From IMG/VR virus record IMGVR_UViG_3300029309_000017: a DNA stretch of 64,000 bases; one strand, 5' to 3'. The translations under genes were made by a program, and so were the position numbers. How positions within the stretch are numbered: position 1 is the stretch's first letter; every line of letters starts with the position of its first letter. Source of the stretch: an uncultured virus (IMG/VR IMGVR_UViG_3300029309_000017) (Duplodnaviria > Heunggongvirae > Uroviricota > Caudoviricetes > Crassvirales). Positions 40,647 through 50,821 of this stretch are shown one piece after another. Under the pieces are notes generated by a model that worked only from the letters and a program-made list of their open reading frames with translations, did no database searches and was not told the DNA's origin.

Positions 40647-42784
40647 TATATTTTTGTAAATTCTAAAATTATTGATGCACTTACTCCTCTTAAATATTTA
40701 CCACCGGTACTTTTTCTATAAGCAATTTGTATTTCATCACCTTTTGAAAAAGTAAGGTCAGGATCATACTCTACTACACCACCTGACGCGACAGTTATAG
40801 AGCTTGATGATTGTGTTGGTGTACCAATAGCATTTCTCCATATATCAATAATAACTGTAAAACCAGTGCTTGGTGTCCCGCTAGTATTATTTAATCTAAT
40901 TCTTTTTATAGTACCACTTGATGGACAATCAAAATGATTATAGTATTGATTTGATGTTGTTTCACTTAAAGAATTAAAAGGTATTCTAAACGCAGACGTT
41001 GAACTACTATCATCAGAAAAATTACTAAACAATATAGTTTGAGTAGTAGTTGGAAGATCATGCCATTTTACGCCACTACCAGTTGATTTAAGAAATTGAC
41101 CATCTGTACCAGGGTCTCCGTCGCATTGAAATTTACTGCCATTACCCATTAATATATCTCCTGCTCCTCCTTCTAAATCTAAATCACCAGTAAGATCTAT
41201 ACCACCAGCTGTTACCTTTATACCATTACCACCAATTTGTAACGTATTAGTAGGAGACGTACCCCCATTAACACTTAGCCTTGTATTAGTAGAATCAAAA
41301 AGGAATTTATTAGTACTTGTTATATCACTTGAACCTGTAAAAAAAGCAACATTACCGGACGCGCCACTTGTAACTGTTACTGTTCCAGCACCTATATCAG
41401 ATAAAACTTCAGTGCCTGTTCTATATTTAATAACATTACCATCTGATACTAAAAATCTATCAGTATCTGAAGTAGCGTTATTTATTGGGTTTATTTCTAA
41501 ACCAGTAGTTGTTAATTTAAGTGGTGGGTTAGATGCTGTAGATATGTTAATTTGAAAAAGCTCGGAATCAGGTTCAGTATGATCATTATCTATTTGAAAA
41601 ACAATTTCAGGGTGATTTGTTGTTAATTGTACTCTACTGCTGTTTTTATTTAAATCAAATATACCACCAGTTTGAGCGTGAGTTATGTGATTAGATCCTG
41701 TTAAAAGTATATTACCGCCTGGTTGTATACTACTTGAAAAAGTTACAGCTCCAGTGTTAGCTATAACTATATTATTACTAGCATCATTTGTTCCAAAAGA
41801 CATTTGACCACCATCTCTATTATATACAAAAGCATTAGTTCCAGACTTATTAATTAATAAAGAGTCACCTGTACCAGAACCGTTGTCTACATCTGAAAGA
41901 TATATTTGGCCTGAACTACCTGATTCACCAACAACATGAAGATTACCACTTGGACTTGTTGTGTTTATACCCACATCTCCAGAAAGATAATGTTTTGACG
42001 CACCACTAGAGTATATTCCATATGAATTAGTAATTGTTCCAGCAGTGGTAGTTTGGCCAAGAAATTGATAAGCATTTGTTATTGTACCTGCATTAGAATC
42101 AATAACTCCTTTTACAGCTCTAGCACTAGTTATCGTAGAATCAGGTTCGTCTATTTCAATTTCACCTAAAACGCCATCAGCGTTAGTAAACGTACCATTA
42201 TTAGTACTAGCAACTAAATCTACTTTACCATAAACACCATAAGCATTATCTACTGTTTTACCACTGTCGCCGGTTTGTACTGCGAAAGCTCTAACACCAG
42301 CTAGAGTGGTTACATTTGTACCACTATCAGCATTGTCAGTATAAGCTGTAAAATACCCACCTACAATATTTTTAACTTGACCAGCTGTATGTCTACCATA
42401 AGCAAGGCTATAAATACCAAACACGTTATTAACTACATCGTTAGCAATTGTTTTATCGTTTCTAGCATCAAAATAACCACCATATAAATCATTTGCGTCA
42501 CCTGAATCTTCAACCATTGCTCTTATACCAGAAAATCTAACTTCGTTAGTGGCATCTCCCCCTGTAGCTGTACTATCAGCGTCTATCAATAATGCTTCAT
42601 AAAGTCTATCACCTGTTTGAACTGTAGTACCTGAAAGATTATAATCTATCTTTACAGCTGAGCTACTAGCGTCTAATGAAACATTATCATCACGTCTTAT
42701 TTTTAAAGGAACCTCTGGCGTATCATCATCTAATCCGATGTGAGCACTTTCGGTAAAAGTTAAATTTGAAAATGACTTTGGCAT
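40646..42784 (-). CDS. Tail fibre / spike protein
   Basis: [29 protein letters not shown] fibre motifs. Confidence 0.7.
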   Translation of the reverse strand: MPKSFSNLTFTESAHIGLDDDTPEVPLKIRRDDNVSLDASSSAVKIDYNLSGTTVQTGDRLYEALLIDADSTATGGDATNEVRFSGIRAMVEDSGDANDLYGGYFDARNDKTIANDVVNNVFGIYSLAYGRHTAGQVKNIVGGYFTAYTDNADSGTNVTTLAGVRAFAVQTGDSGKTVDNAYGVYGKVDLVASTNNGTFTNADGVLGEIEIDEPDSTITSARAVKGVIDSNAGTITNAYQFLGQTTTAGTITNSYGIYSSGASKHYLSGDVGINTTSPSGNLHVVGESGSSGQIYLSDVDNGSGTGDSLLINKSGTNAFVYNRDGGQMSFGTNDASNNIVIANTGAVTFSSSIQPGGNILLTGSNHITHAQTGGIFDLNKNSSRVQLTTNHPEIVFQIDNDHTEPDSELFQINISTASNPPLKLTTTGLEINPINNATSDTDRFLVSDGNVIKYRTGTEVLSDIGAGTVTVTSGASGNVAFFTGSSDITSTNKFLFDSTNTRLSVNGGTSPTNTLQIGGNGIKVTAGGIDLTGDLDLEGGAGDILMGNGSKFQCDGDPGTDGQFLKSTGSGVKWHDLPTTTQTILFSNFSDDSSSTSAFRIPFNSLSETTSNQYYNHFDCPSSGTIKRIRLNNTSGTPSTGFTVIIDIWRNAIGTPTQSSSSITVASGGVVEYDPDLTFSKGDEIQIAYRKSTGGKYLRGVSASIILEFTKI

Positions 42785-42806
42785 TTTATTTTATTTTATT
42801 TATTTA

Positions 42807-45047
42807 TTAACCTACTTGTCTAGCTAATATTCTGAAAGAACTATTTGAAACTCCGCTACTGCCTTGTGATAAAAATGCTACAGTAAATGTTTCACCATTT
42901 GAAGCTCTAGCTACATCAGCCATAACAGTATTAAAACTACTATCTAAAACTTCTATCATTAGCTTTCTACTATCTGCACCTGTCAAAGAAGATAGTTTAG
43001 TACCACTACCACCAACTCTTACAGTAAATGTTGTTGTATATGGTGCTGAACTACCTGAAACAGCTCTATCAATACCACCTGTACCGCTATTTAAAGCTTC
43101 ACTACAACCTTTTATTGGCGCTGCTAACATACTAGCCTCTACTGCTCCAGACTGAATAGTTGAAGTACCTGTTACATTGCCACTACCATCAAAAGAAGCT
43201 GATGTCCAAGAAACATCTCCAGTCATACCTATTGTTACTCCTGCAGCTAAAGCCGTAGCAGTCGCCGCATTTCCAGTACAAGAAGCAGAAGACCCACCAG
43301 CGTTGCCACTTACGTTACCCGTTACATCTCCAGTAAGATCTCCTGTAACATCTCCAGTAACATTACCTGTAACGTTTCCTGTAACGTTTCCAGTAACGTT
43401 GCCAGTTAAAGGACCAGAGAAAGCATCAGCACGTAAAGTACCTGTTGAAGGATTATAAGTTAAATCTCCATCTGATTCTAAAGCAAGATCGCCACCTGTT
43501 AAAGCACCGCCAGCAGTAAATATAAGAGCGTTTGATTCATTAGTGCTTTCATTATCTGTAATTGCTACTTTTTGTGCTACACTGGCAGAAGTAGCTGTTG
43601 CAGCGTTACCGGTACAAGAACCTGAAGAACCAGTAACATTTCCATCAACATTACCTGTAACATCACCAGTGACATCACCTGTTAAATTACCTGTAACATT
43701 ACCCGTTAAATCACCTGTTACATCTCCTTGTAACGTGTTAACAACTAAAGTGGCTAATGAAAAACCAGAACTAGTATCTACTGTTGTTCCTGGCTCAGCA
43801 TTACTATTACCAGTTGTTGAAAATATTTTCCACTTGTCTGAATCACTAGCATCTCTAAAGAAACCAGAGTATTTTGTTGTGCCACCTGAGACATATTTAC
43901 CGTAGAAACCAATATCAAGAACATCAGCAGTATTGTCTTTAGCATATTTAAACATACTATCTGCGACAGCAACAGTTGTTGAATCTACAGTTGTAGTTGT
44001 ACCTGATACAGTAAGATTACCACCTATAGTTACAGTTGAACCATCATCACTTATAAGTGAATCAACAATAGAGTTAGAACCATTAAATTTAGGTACTTTA
44101 CCACTTGTACCATTACTAGTTGTATTACCACTACCAGTACCAGCGCCAATAGCAGATCTAAAATCATTTGCTGTTAATTTAGAGTACGTGTTATTTACGT
44201 TTAATCTAAGGAATTTAACAGTAGTACTATTATCTGCTAATTTAAATATATTAACACCTGATGTAGTACCACCTAAATTAGTTAAAGCGCCGTCAGCTGT
44301 TGTTGCACCTGTACCACCATTTGCTATGGCAACAGTACCTGTTACATTTGCTGCGTTACCACTTACATTACCTGTTACATTACCCGTAACGTTACCCGTT
44401 AAGTCACCAGTTACATCACCTGTTACATCGCCGGTTACATCACCGGTTACATTACCTGTTACATTACCGGTTAAGTTTCCGGTTACATTACCAGTTACAT
44501 TTCCTGTTAACGCGCCATTAAATGTTGTTGCATTTACTTCAGACCATTTTTTTGCTGATGTACCAAGCTTAATAGTGTTAGTTGTTGAAGGTCTTATTGA
44601 AGTACCATCAACAACAAATATAGAAGTGCTTGATGAAGTAAAAGCCATTTTACTAGCACCAAAACTAATAGAGTTTACACCACTAGCTCCACCAACTTCT
44701 AAAGCGGTGTTATATATACTTGTTATTGTTGTTTGTGCAGCTGTTACCGCAACATCTGCAGAGTTTACTGTTATACCATCACCAGCACCTACAGTTAAAG
44801 TTACGTCACCACTATCACCACCACCGGTTAAACCATTACCAGCTTCTACTTTTGTAATGTCACCTGTTGCATCTGATGTTCCTAAAGCAACAAAGCCACT
44901 GCCATTATGATATTTTAGTTTGCCATCACCTGTGTCTACATATATCGCACCTACTAATGCCGTTGGTGCCGTACCTGTTGCAAATACTCTGGCGTTTTGC
45001 AGTACGTTATCGTTAATATTTAAATTAGTTAGATATTTTAAAGCCAT
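42807..45047 (-). CDS. Tail fibre protein with TG(N/D)(V/L) repeats
   Basis: Three blocks of tetrapeptide repeats; GNAATAT; GGTGATTA. Confidence 0.75.
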   Translation of the reverse strand: MALKYLTNLNINDNVLQNARVFATGTAPTALVGAIYVDTGDGKLKYHNGSGFVALGTSDATGDITKVEAGNGLTGGGDSGDVTLTVGAGDGITVNSADVAVTAAQTTITSIYNTALEVGGASGVNSISFGASKMAFTSSSTSIFVVDGTSIRPSTTNTIKLGTSAKKWSEVNATTFNGALTGNVTGNVTGNLTGNVTGNVTGDVTGDVTGDVTGDLTGNVTGNVTGNVSGNAANVTGTVAIANGGTGATTADGALTNLGGTTSGVNIFKLADNSTTVKFLRLNVNNTYSKLTANDFRSAIGAGTGSGNTTSNGTSGKVPKFNGSNSIVDSLISDDGSTVTIGGNLTVSGTTTTVDSTTVAVADSMFKYAKDNTADVLDIGFYGKYVSGGTTKYSGFFRDASDSDKWKIFSTTGNSNAEPGTTVDTSSGFSLATLVVNTLQGDVTGDLTGNVTGNLTGDVTGDVTGNVDGNVTGSSGSCTGNAATATSASVAQKVAITDNESTNESNALIFTAGGALTGGDLALESDGDLTYNPSTGTLRADAFSGPLTGNVTGNVTGNVTGNVTGDVTGDLTGDVTGNVSGNAGGSSASCTGNAATATALAAGVTIGMTGDVSWTSASFDGSGNVTGTSTIQSGAVEASMLAAPIKGCSEALNSGTGGIDRAVSGSSAPYTTTFTVRVGGSGTKLSSLTGADSRKLMIEVLDSSFNTVMADVARASNGETFTVAFLSQGSSGVSNSSFRILARQVG

Positions 45048-45062
45048 TTTTTAAATGTTTTG

Positions 45063-45752
45063 TTAGTTTAAATATGCTTTACCAGAGTTTGCACTCGAAA
45101 GCGTTATTATTAATTGATTATCGTTTGTGTATTGAACATCACCTATAACTACTGTATCTGTGTCTGTTACCACTGTTACTGAAGGTTTTTTACCTAAATT
45201 ATGTGTTATGTTCCAAGTAGTTTGAGGACCTGCTTGTGTAAAAATAAAACTTTTATCCCCTTTTTTACTACTTAAAACATAAAATTGATCTTTTATTATT
45301 GAACCATTACCACCTGTATTAAATAAAGCTAGTGTATAAAAATTACTATCACCATCTAAAACCGTAGCGCTATCTAATTGATAAGTACCAAAGTTGTTTG
45401 GATTATCCACACTAGCTAATGTAATTTCTTCACCAACCATATTAAGTAATAAATTTTGACCTGTATCTGAACTGCCAAAGTTAAACTTACTCACAATAAT
45501 ACTAGTTAATGAAGTAAATGCCATTGAAGTAAGTCCACCTACAATTGTTATAGACCCAGCTTTTCTACCACCTGTTAAATCTTGTTGGTAAAAATAACCA
45601 AGCTGAGGTAAACCAGCCATGTTAAACTTACTAATAGCTTTACCTATTTCAGTAATTTGAAAGTTTTTAGTGGCTTGACCACCGTCTGATCCTAATACTA
45701 TATCGCTTTTCGTAATGTCGCTATCTAAAGCGTATGTATTTATTCTAGCCAT
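45063..45752 (-). CDS. Tail fibre-associated structural protein
   Basis: WNITHNLGKKPSVTV C-terminal motif. Confidence 0.6.
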   Translation of the reverse strand: MARINTYALDSDITKSDIVLGSDGGQATKNFQITEIGKAISKFNMAGLPQLGYFYQQDLTGGRKAGSITIVGGLTSMAFTSLTSIIVSKFNFGSSDTGQNLLLNMVGEEITLASVDNPNNFGTYQLDSATVLDGDSNFYTLALFNTGGNGSIIKDQFYVLSSKKGDKSFIFTQAGPQTTWNITHNLGKKPSVTVVTDTDTVVIGDVQYTNDNQLIITLSSANSGKAYLN

Positions 45753-46211
45753 TTATTTCTTTTTTACCATGCTTGTAACTTTTTCACTACTACGACCACC
45801 GAAGTATGCTAATACAACAGCCATCATAACTTTTTCAAAAGTATCATTCCATGTATCACCTATATTAAAAGGTATTGATTCAACGCTATCTAATAAACCA
45901 GCAAATGAAAAAACAACAATACACCACACTAATACTAGCGGGCGTACGTTTTTACTAAGCCAAGAATCAGAAGCAGCATCTGCTTGCCAACGATTTGTTA
46001 TAGCTTGTATTTCTTTGTTTTGCTGATCGTATATTAATTGTTGTAATTTTATTTTATCTTCTACACTTACATCTGCTTTTGTTATTTCAGCTATAGCTTC
46101 TTTAGGTGACATAACACCTTGTAGCACATTGCCAAGTGTAGGATTTATTACTCCTGCAGCACCCATTAAAAGTTTACCAACAGTTGTTTCACTAAATTTT
46201 TTCTTAGGCAT
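45753..46211 (-). CDS. Holin (3TM-like)
   Basis: RW.AD..SDSWLSKNVRP, two TM helices, YFGGRS. Confidence 0.7.
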   Translation of the reverse strand: MPKKKFSETTVGKLLMGAAGVINPTLGNVLQGVMSPKEAIAEITKADVSVEDKIKLQQLIYDQQNKEIQAITNRWQADAASDSWLSKNVRPLVLVWCIVVFSFAGLLDSVESIPFNIGDTWNDTFEKVMMAVVLAYFGGRSSEKVTSMVKKK

Positions 46212-46222
46212 AATATTTTATT

Positions 46223-46804
46223 TTAACATTTCCATCTACGTCTAGCAGCTCTACCTCTTTCACCAGTCCAACTTTTTGATCTAGCACAAAAAGCTTTTCT
46301 ACGTTTTGCGGCTTTGCTACCAGGTTTTACTTTACCAGTTACAGCTGTTTTAAGTTTACTGCCTGGATTTTGTTTTCTATACGAAGCAACTCCAGCAGCT
46401 GTCATACCAGCACCTTCTTTTGCTTTTCTGAAATGTCTACCTTTACCAGTAGTTCTTTTGTTTGTTTGCTTTATTGGTGAATTTTTGTCTTTTCCAAATG
46501 CTTTTTTATCACCTGGATAACCAGTAGAGCCAAATCTTTTAGGACCAATAATACCACAGCCGCAATGTTTTATAGGTGTTTCAACAACATAGTCTGCATT
46601 ACCAAAATCATATTCTTTACCTGGCTTCATGTGTTTTGTTATACCATTACTACCAACACCTTTAACAGGAAAAGCAACACCCACCATTGTAATTTTGCTA
46701 CTAGGTATTATATTTACATCGTTATTTACATCTGGACTATCTGACTTATAACCTGTTTTAGTTATAGCCGCTTTTATACTTGAGTTAGGTAGTTTAAAAG
46801 CCAT
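46223..46804 (-). CDS. Basic SPxK-motif protein
   Basis: MAFKL start; TPIK, SPIK; C-terminal RRKAFCARS...RRWKC domain. Confidence 0.7.
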   Translation of the reverse strand: MAFKLPNSSIKAAITKTGYKSDSPDVNNDVNIIPSSKITMVGVAFPVKGVGSNGITKHMKPGKEYDFGNADYVVETPIKHCGCGIIGPKRFGSTGYPGDKKAFGKDKNSPIKQTNKRTTGKGRHFRKAKEGAGMTAAGVASYRKQNPGSKLKTAVTGKVKPGSKAAKRRKAFCARSKSWTGERGRAARRRWKC

Positions 46805-46805
46805 A

Positions 46806-47864
46806 TTATTTTTTATTACCGTAACCTTTCATTTTATATGAAGGTCTCATTACGTTTACAGTGATATTAGGAGCTTTCATTTTTGCAGGTGAAGGTTTTA
46901 CATATTTCTGCTTCTTTGGATCATATACTAACCCTTTTCTTTCAGCCATTTTTCTAGTTCTATCATTTATATAATGCATTTCACCTTTATAATGCTTAGA
47001 CTTATTAGGATCACCAAATGTAGACTGTACGTTTGATTTTGCTTGCGCCATTAGATCTTTTGTAATTTTCTCAGCTTCTTCTTTAGTTGCACCTTTTAAT
47101 TGACCATCTTTATAATTAGGGTGTTCAGCAGCTAATCTATTAACTTCAGCTTGTAGTTTATCATTGTAATTCCTCATTCTACTTTTACTAGCTTCCGGCT
47201 GAACAGCTCCACGTGTCATACCTGTATATATAGATCTACTACCTCTTGTGTGTCTGTAGATATTTACATTATCATCTAAAGAACCTAAAGACTGTCCAGA
47301 AACTATATCTTGATCTTGCTGTGATATAGGTAAACCTTTTCTTATAGCTTTTCTTATTCTTCTATTAGCTCTTTGTATATTACGTTGTGTTCTTCTAGCA
47401 CCACTATCAACCATTCTTTGGTTCATTCTAACTTCTCTGTTAGTTAAAATACCTTGCTGCTGAGGATCTATCTCTTGTGATATATTTCCAGTTTCAACAA
47501 CTTCACCACCTGGTGAATCACTAACACAGTTACAAGTTTTACCATCTGCTGAAACTTGTTTCTTCTGACCGCTTGGGCATTCTGCTTTTGACGCGCAAGG
47601 ATCGTAATCATCTCCTGCGTCAGCACACATGTAATTTGGACAAGTTGGTGACATTTTGCCATTAGGGCCATTAGGACAACACTTTCTAAATGTCTTACCA
47701 CCTTCGTTTAATTGTGTATTAGGCTCGCTTGTTTGATCACCAGGAAAACTAGCATCAACCTGTGCATCGTCTTGATGTAAAGGTGAAGAATACTTTGTTA
47801 GCTGTGGAGCTACTCTTGTTGTTGATCTTAGCTGCGTGCCAGATCTTTTCATTTTAAAAGCCAT
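46806..47864 (-). CDS. SPxK-motif protein with Cys-rich segment
   Basis: MAFKM start; SPLH, SPAK; C-terminal YKMKGY. Confidence 0.7.
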   Translation of the reverse strand: MAFKMKRSGTQLRSTTRVAPQLTKYSSPLHQDDAQVDASFPGDQTSEPNTQLNEGGKTFRKCCPNGPNGKMSPTCPNYMCADAGDDYDPCASKAECPSGQKKQVSADGKTCNCVSDSPGGEVVETGNISQEIDPQQQGILTNREVRMNQRMVDSGARRTQRNIQRANRRIRKAIRKGLPISQQDQDIVSGQSLGSLDDNVNIYRHTRGSRSIYTGMTRGAVQPEASKSRMRNYNDKLQAEVNRLAAEHPNYKDGQLKGATKEEAEKITKDLMAQAKSNVQSTFGDPNKSKHYKGEMHYINDRTRKMAERKGLVYDPKKQKYVKPSPAKMKAPNITVNVMRPSYKMKGYGNKK

Positions 47865-47875
47865 AATTAATTAGT

Positions 47876-48229
47876 TTATTCTGTTTCTTCAGGAGAATCA
47901 TCAGTGGTTATATTTACACTTACACCACCACCTTCAACTGTATTTTTTAATCTTTCAAGTTCTTGTTCTTCTTGACATTTTATTAGTTCTTCGCCTTCTA
48001 AGTTTTCACAAGGATCATTTTGGCTATTAATTATAGCGTTATTAGTATCTTTATTATTATCAGCTTTACTAGAACCATACTGCATACCACCACCCATAAA
48101 GCTATTTTGTATATCTGTAAAAGATTTAGCGGCATCACCTGCGCCTTGTATTAAAGCCGCGTTTTGCTTAAATGGACTGGCTTTATCGCCGGTTGCGTGT
48201 ACGTTTTTGTGTTTTAATTTAAATGTCAT
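47876..48229 (-). CDS. SPxK-motif protein
   Basis: Likely start MTFKL; SPFKQNAALIQGA. Confidence 0.6.
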   Translation of the reverse strand: MTFKLKHKNVHATGDKASPFKQNAALIQGAGDAAKSFTDIQNSFMGGGMQYGSSKADNNKDTNNAIINSQNDPCENLEGEELIKCQEEQELERLKNTVEGGGVSVNITTDDSPEETE

Positions 48230-48230
48230 A

Positions 48231-48590
48231 TTATGCGTTTTTAACAGAGCCGTAAGCTCTTGTTTTAGCTCCTTTTTCCCATGGAAACCTATTGTCACCT
48301 TCTTGAAGCCATTTGCCATTATATAATATTCTGCCGTTTTTTCTTGGATAAGTCTTGTTTTTATAAGTTATACTATGATCGGTGTAATCTAGTACGCCAG
48401 ACTCCATATCTTTTTGATGCTCTATCTCTTCTTTAACAGCATGTTTTTGCATTGCAGGTGAAACATCTTTACTTACAAATATAGTTCCATCTTTGTTTGC
48501 TTCAGCTACAACGCCTTTATCTAGTTTTTTCTCTATTACAGGATAATCTTTCCTTTTTTTAAAAGGACTATTGTTCTGTATATAAGGCAT
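48231..48590 (-). CDS. Putative zincin-like metallopeptidase with SPFK motif
   Basis: AEANKDGTI...KEEIEH (degenerate HExxH)...PWEK. Confidence 0.45.
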   Translation of the reverse strand: MPYIQNNSPFKKRKDYPVIEKKLDKGVVAEANKDGTIFVSKDVSPAMQKHAVKEEIEHQKDMESGVLDYTDHSITYKNKTYPRKNGRILYNGKWLQEGDNRFPWEKGAKTRAYGSVKNA

Positions 48591-48592
48591 AT

Positions 48593-49036
48593 TTATTTTT
48601 TGCTTTTACCCATTTTACCTGGGCCTCCAGCTTTAGTACATCTTACACCCCAACCAGAAGCATAAGCACTAGGCCATACATCAAACTTTTTTTTAGCAGC
48701 TGTTTTACAAGCTCCACTAATTTTTTTAATTGGGGAACTTTCACCATATTTATCACCTAAAATTCTTTTAGATTTTCTTTCTGCTTTTTTATTAACTCTA
48801 TCAACAACTTTTTGTTTTCTTTTTTCAAGTCTTTGAACTTTTCTATCACCTCTTGCTTCTAATCTTTTAGTTTTTTCAAAAGCTTTAGTGTCTTTTTTAT
48901 CAACTCCAATTTGTTTAATAGGTGACTCTTTCATAGGCCAACCAGCTGGTGATACCTTAGGCGAGTCTGATTTACCACCCGGCTTTGGCATACCTTTTTG
49001 AACTATTGCCGTTATAGGCATATTTACATTTCCCAT
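48593..49036 (-). CDS. Basic SPxK-motif protein
   Basis: SPIK twice; WPSAYASG motif. Confidence 0.65.
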   Translation of the reverse strand: MGNVNMPITAIVQKGMPKPGGKSDSPKVSPAGWPMKESPIKQIGVDKKDTKAFEKTKRLEARGDRKVQRLEKRKQKVVDRVNKKAERKSKRILGDKYGESSPIKKISGACKTAAKKKFDVWPSAYASGWGVRCTKAGGPGKMGKSKK

Positions 49037-49039
49037 AAT

Positions 49040-49735
49040 TTATTTTTTATTACAATGTGCCTTAGCTGGCGATTTTTTATATTTTTTAGCTGGAGATTTC
49101 TTCATACCACCGCATTGTTTAGCTGGTGATTTACCAGATGTTTTTTTCATAGCTTTTATACCAGCTTTGCCAAAACCACCACATTGCTTAGCAGGAGATG
49201 ACTTCTTTAGTTTACTCATCTGCTTAGCAGGTGACTTCTTTTTATCAGGATGTCCTGCGCCGCCATCAGCTTTATTAGCGTGAACAGCTTTTCTTTGAGC
49301 AGCTGACTTATATCCTTTAGCTGGTGAAGATTTTTTAAGATCTCCAGCACCTTTACCATCTGCGGCAAACTTAGGTACTTTCTTACCATCAACTTCAACC
49401 ATCTCCATTTTTTGTTTAACTGGAGAGTTTTTTTCTTCTTTCTGCTTTTTTCTTAAATCTCTTCTTTCTTTTCTACGCTTTCTTCCTTCTTCAGTAGATA
49501 TTTTAATATTACCTATTTTATTGACTAAGTCTTTAGCGCCTTCAGCTACTTTTCCAGGCACATCTTTTAATTTAACATCTCCTTTTTGTTTAACTGGAGA
49601 TGCACAATGTGCTTTAGCAGGTGAAGCTTTTATTGCTGCTTTTAAACCTTCGTTAAGGTTTTTTTGATTACCAATTAAAGCCTTTAATACAGGGCTTTTT
49701 GGCATCATTTTAAATGGTGATTTCTTGTAGGCCAT
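49040..49735 (-). CDS. Lys-rich protein with about 11 SP(A/V/F)K repeats
   Basis: Repeats visible in translation. Confidence 0.75.
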   Translation of the reverse strand: MAYKKSPFKMMPKSPVLKALIGNQKNLNEGLKAAIKASPAKAHCASPVKQKGDVKLKDVPGKVAEGAKDLVNKIGNIKISTEEGRKRRKERRDLRKKQKEEKNSPVKQKMEMVEVDGKKVPKFAADGKGAGDLKKSSPAKGYKSAAQRKAVHANKADGGAGHPDKKKSPAKQMSKLKKSSPAKQCGGFGKAGIKAMKKTSGKSPAKQCGGMKKSPAKKYKKSPAKAHCNKK

Positions 49736-49761
49736 TTTTTTTGTTTTTAATTAGTTATTGT

Positions 49762-50124
49762 TTATGCTTTGGTCCAATAAGCGTAGTCTATTAAACAAGC
49801 GGCAGTGTCAGCTTGACATCTTAATCCAACCGCAGTACCAACTGGAAAAAATGCAAACTCACCTGGATGTAAAATACCCCACTCTTGATCAGTGTCGTTA
49901 AACAGCTTTATAAAGTTTGTGTTATCTGTATTTTTTAAGTACACATATGTAGCAGCTGAATTGTTTTCAAGTATATTTGATTTACCTGAATTACTAACTG
50001 AAATTTGAGAAAGTCCATTACTTGGAGCTCCTACAGTTAACGTATCAACTACTGATAAACCTAAAGTTTCATTAGCTGAAACAGTTGTACTGTCTAACGT
50101 TAGTTTTGATGTTATTGTTGCCAT
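49762..50124 (-). CDS. Hypothetical beta-rich structural protein
   Basis: YVYLKNTD...LHPGEFAFFP. Confidence 0.65.
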   Translation of the reverse strand: MATITSKLTLDSTTVSANETLGLSVVDTLTVGAPSNGLSQISVSNSGKSNILENNSAATYVYLKNTDNTNFIKLFNDTDQEWGILHPGEFAFFPVGTAVGLRCQADTAACLIDYAYWTKA

Positions 50125-50126
50125 AA

Positions 50127-50567
50127 TTATCTATCTTTGTCTTTTATCATATCATCAATAGCTTTGTTATAGACTTTGTCTGTATATGATTTATTGTTGT
50201 AAAACTTGCTTCGCTCGCTAGTAGGTAAATCCTCCTCAGCAAGCAATATTCTGTAAATTCTTGAGATTAGCTGCCTACATCTGAAAGAAGTTTTGTAGAC
50301 GCTGTATTTAATTGAAGTGCGGTTTCGGTGTCGCCAAACATCTATCCAGCCTGCTTTACGCAAGCGCTCCCATCTGGCTTTATCCCAGGAGTAAGTATAT
50401 ACCCCTTCTATAAAATCATTACGTGTAAATCGCGATTTGCAATCTAAATAGATTAAAAGTTCTAAATCAGCGTCTTTTAACCCATAAGTTTTACAGGCCC
50501 ATTTGCGAACGAGCCTGTAATACTTAAACAAATTCATATCACGTATATCTGTTGCGCTTAGTTTCAT
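50127..50567 (-). CDS. Hypothetical protein, possible winged-helix regulator
   Basis: GLKDADLELLIYL...LRKAGWI pattern. Confidence 0.5.
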   Translation of the reverse strand: MKLSATDIRDMNLFKYYRLVRKWACKTYGLKDADLELLIYLDCKSRFTRNDFIEGVYTYSWDKARWERLRKAGWIDVWRHRNRTSIKYSVYKTSFRCRQLISRIYRILLAEEDLPTSERSKFYNNKSYTDKVYNKAIDDMIKDKDR

Positions 50568-50821
50568 TCAACAAGTACAACATCGCTAAACTGTATAACT
50601 GTGTAAACATTTTCTTTATACGATATACCATGACCAGCATGCTTATCATAGAATATAATATCACCAGTTTTAATACCTACAACTTTATCACCTGCAGATA
50701 TTACTTTAGCTTTTTTATATCTAACCTCTTTGTCTTTGGCTTCTGCTATTTCTAGCCCACCCATTTTTCGAGGTGCCTCTTTTATTTTTTCTATTATAAT
50801 GTAGTAATTAATTGCTTTCAT
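50564..50821 (-). CDS. groS: Co-chaperonin GroES
   Basis: AKVISAG...IKTGDIIFYDKHAG; adjacent to groL. Confidence 0.85.
   Translation of the reverse strand: MKAINYYIIIEKIKEAPRKMGGLEIAEAKDKEVRYKKAKVISAGDKVVGIKTGDIIFYDKHAGHGISYKENVYTVIQFSDVVLVE

Noticed and set aside
43177..44910. Long plus-strand ORFs (up to 325 aa) opposite the tail fibre, and 12-bp DNA tandem repeats
   Set aside because: Antisense shadows of TG(N/D)(V/L) coding repeats; no spacer structure, so not CRISPR.
40646..45047. Diversity-generating retroelement target in fibre genes
   Set aside because: No reverse transcriptase or TR/VR repeat pair seen in the window.
48230..48319. N-terminal extension of ORF 47876..48319
   Set aside because: It overlaps the upstream gene; the ATG at 48229 (MTFKL) matches the family start motif.
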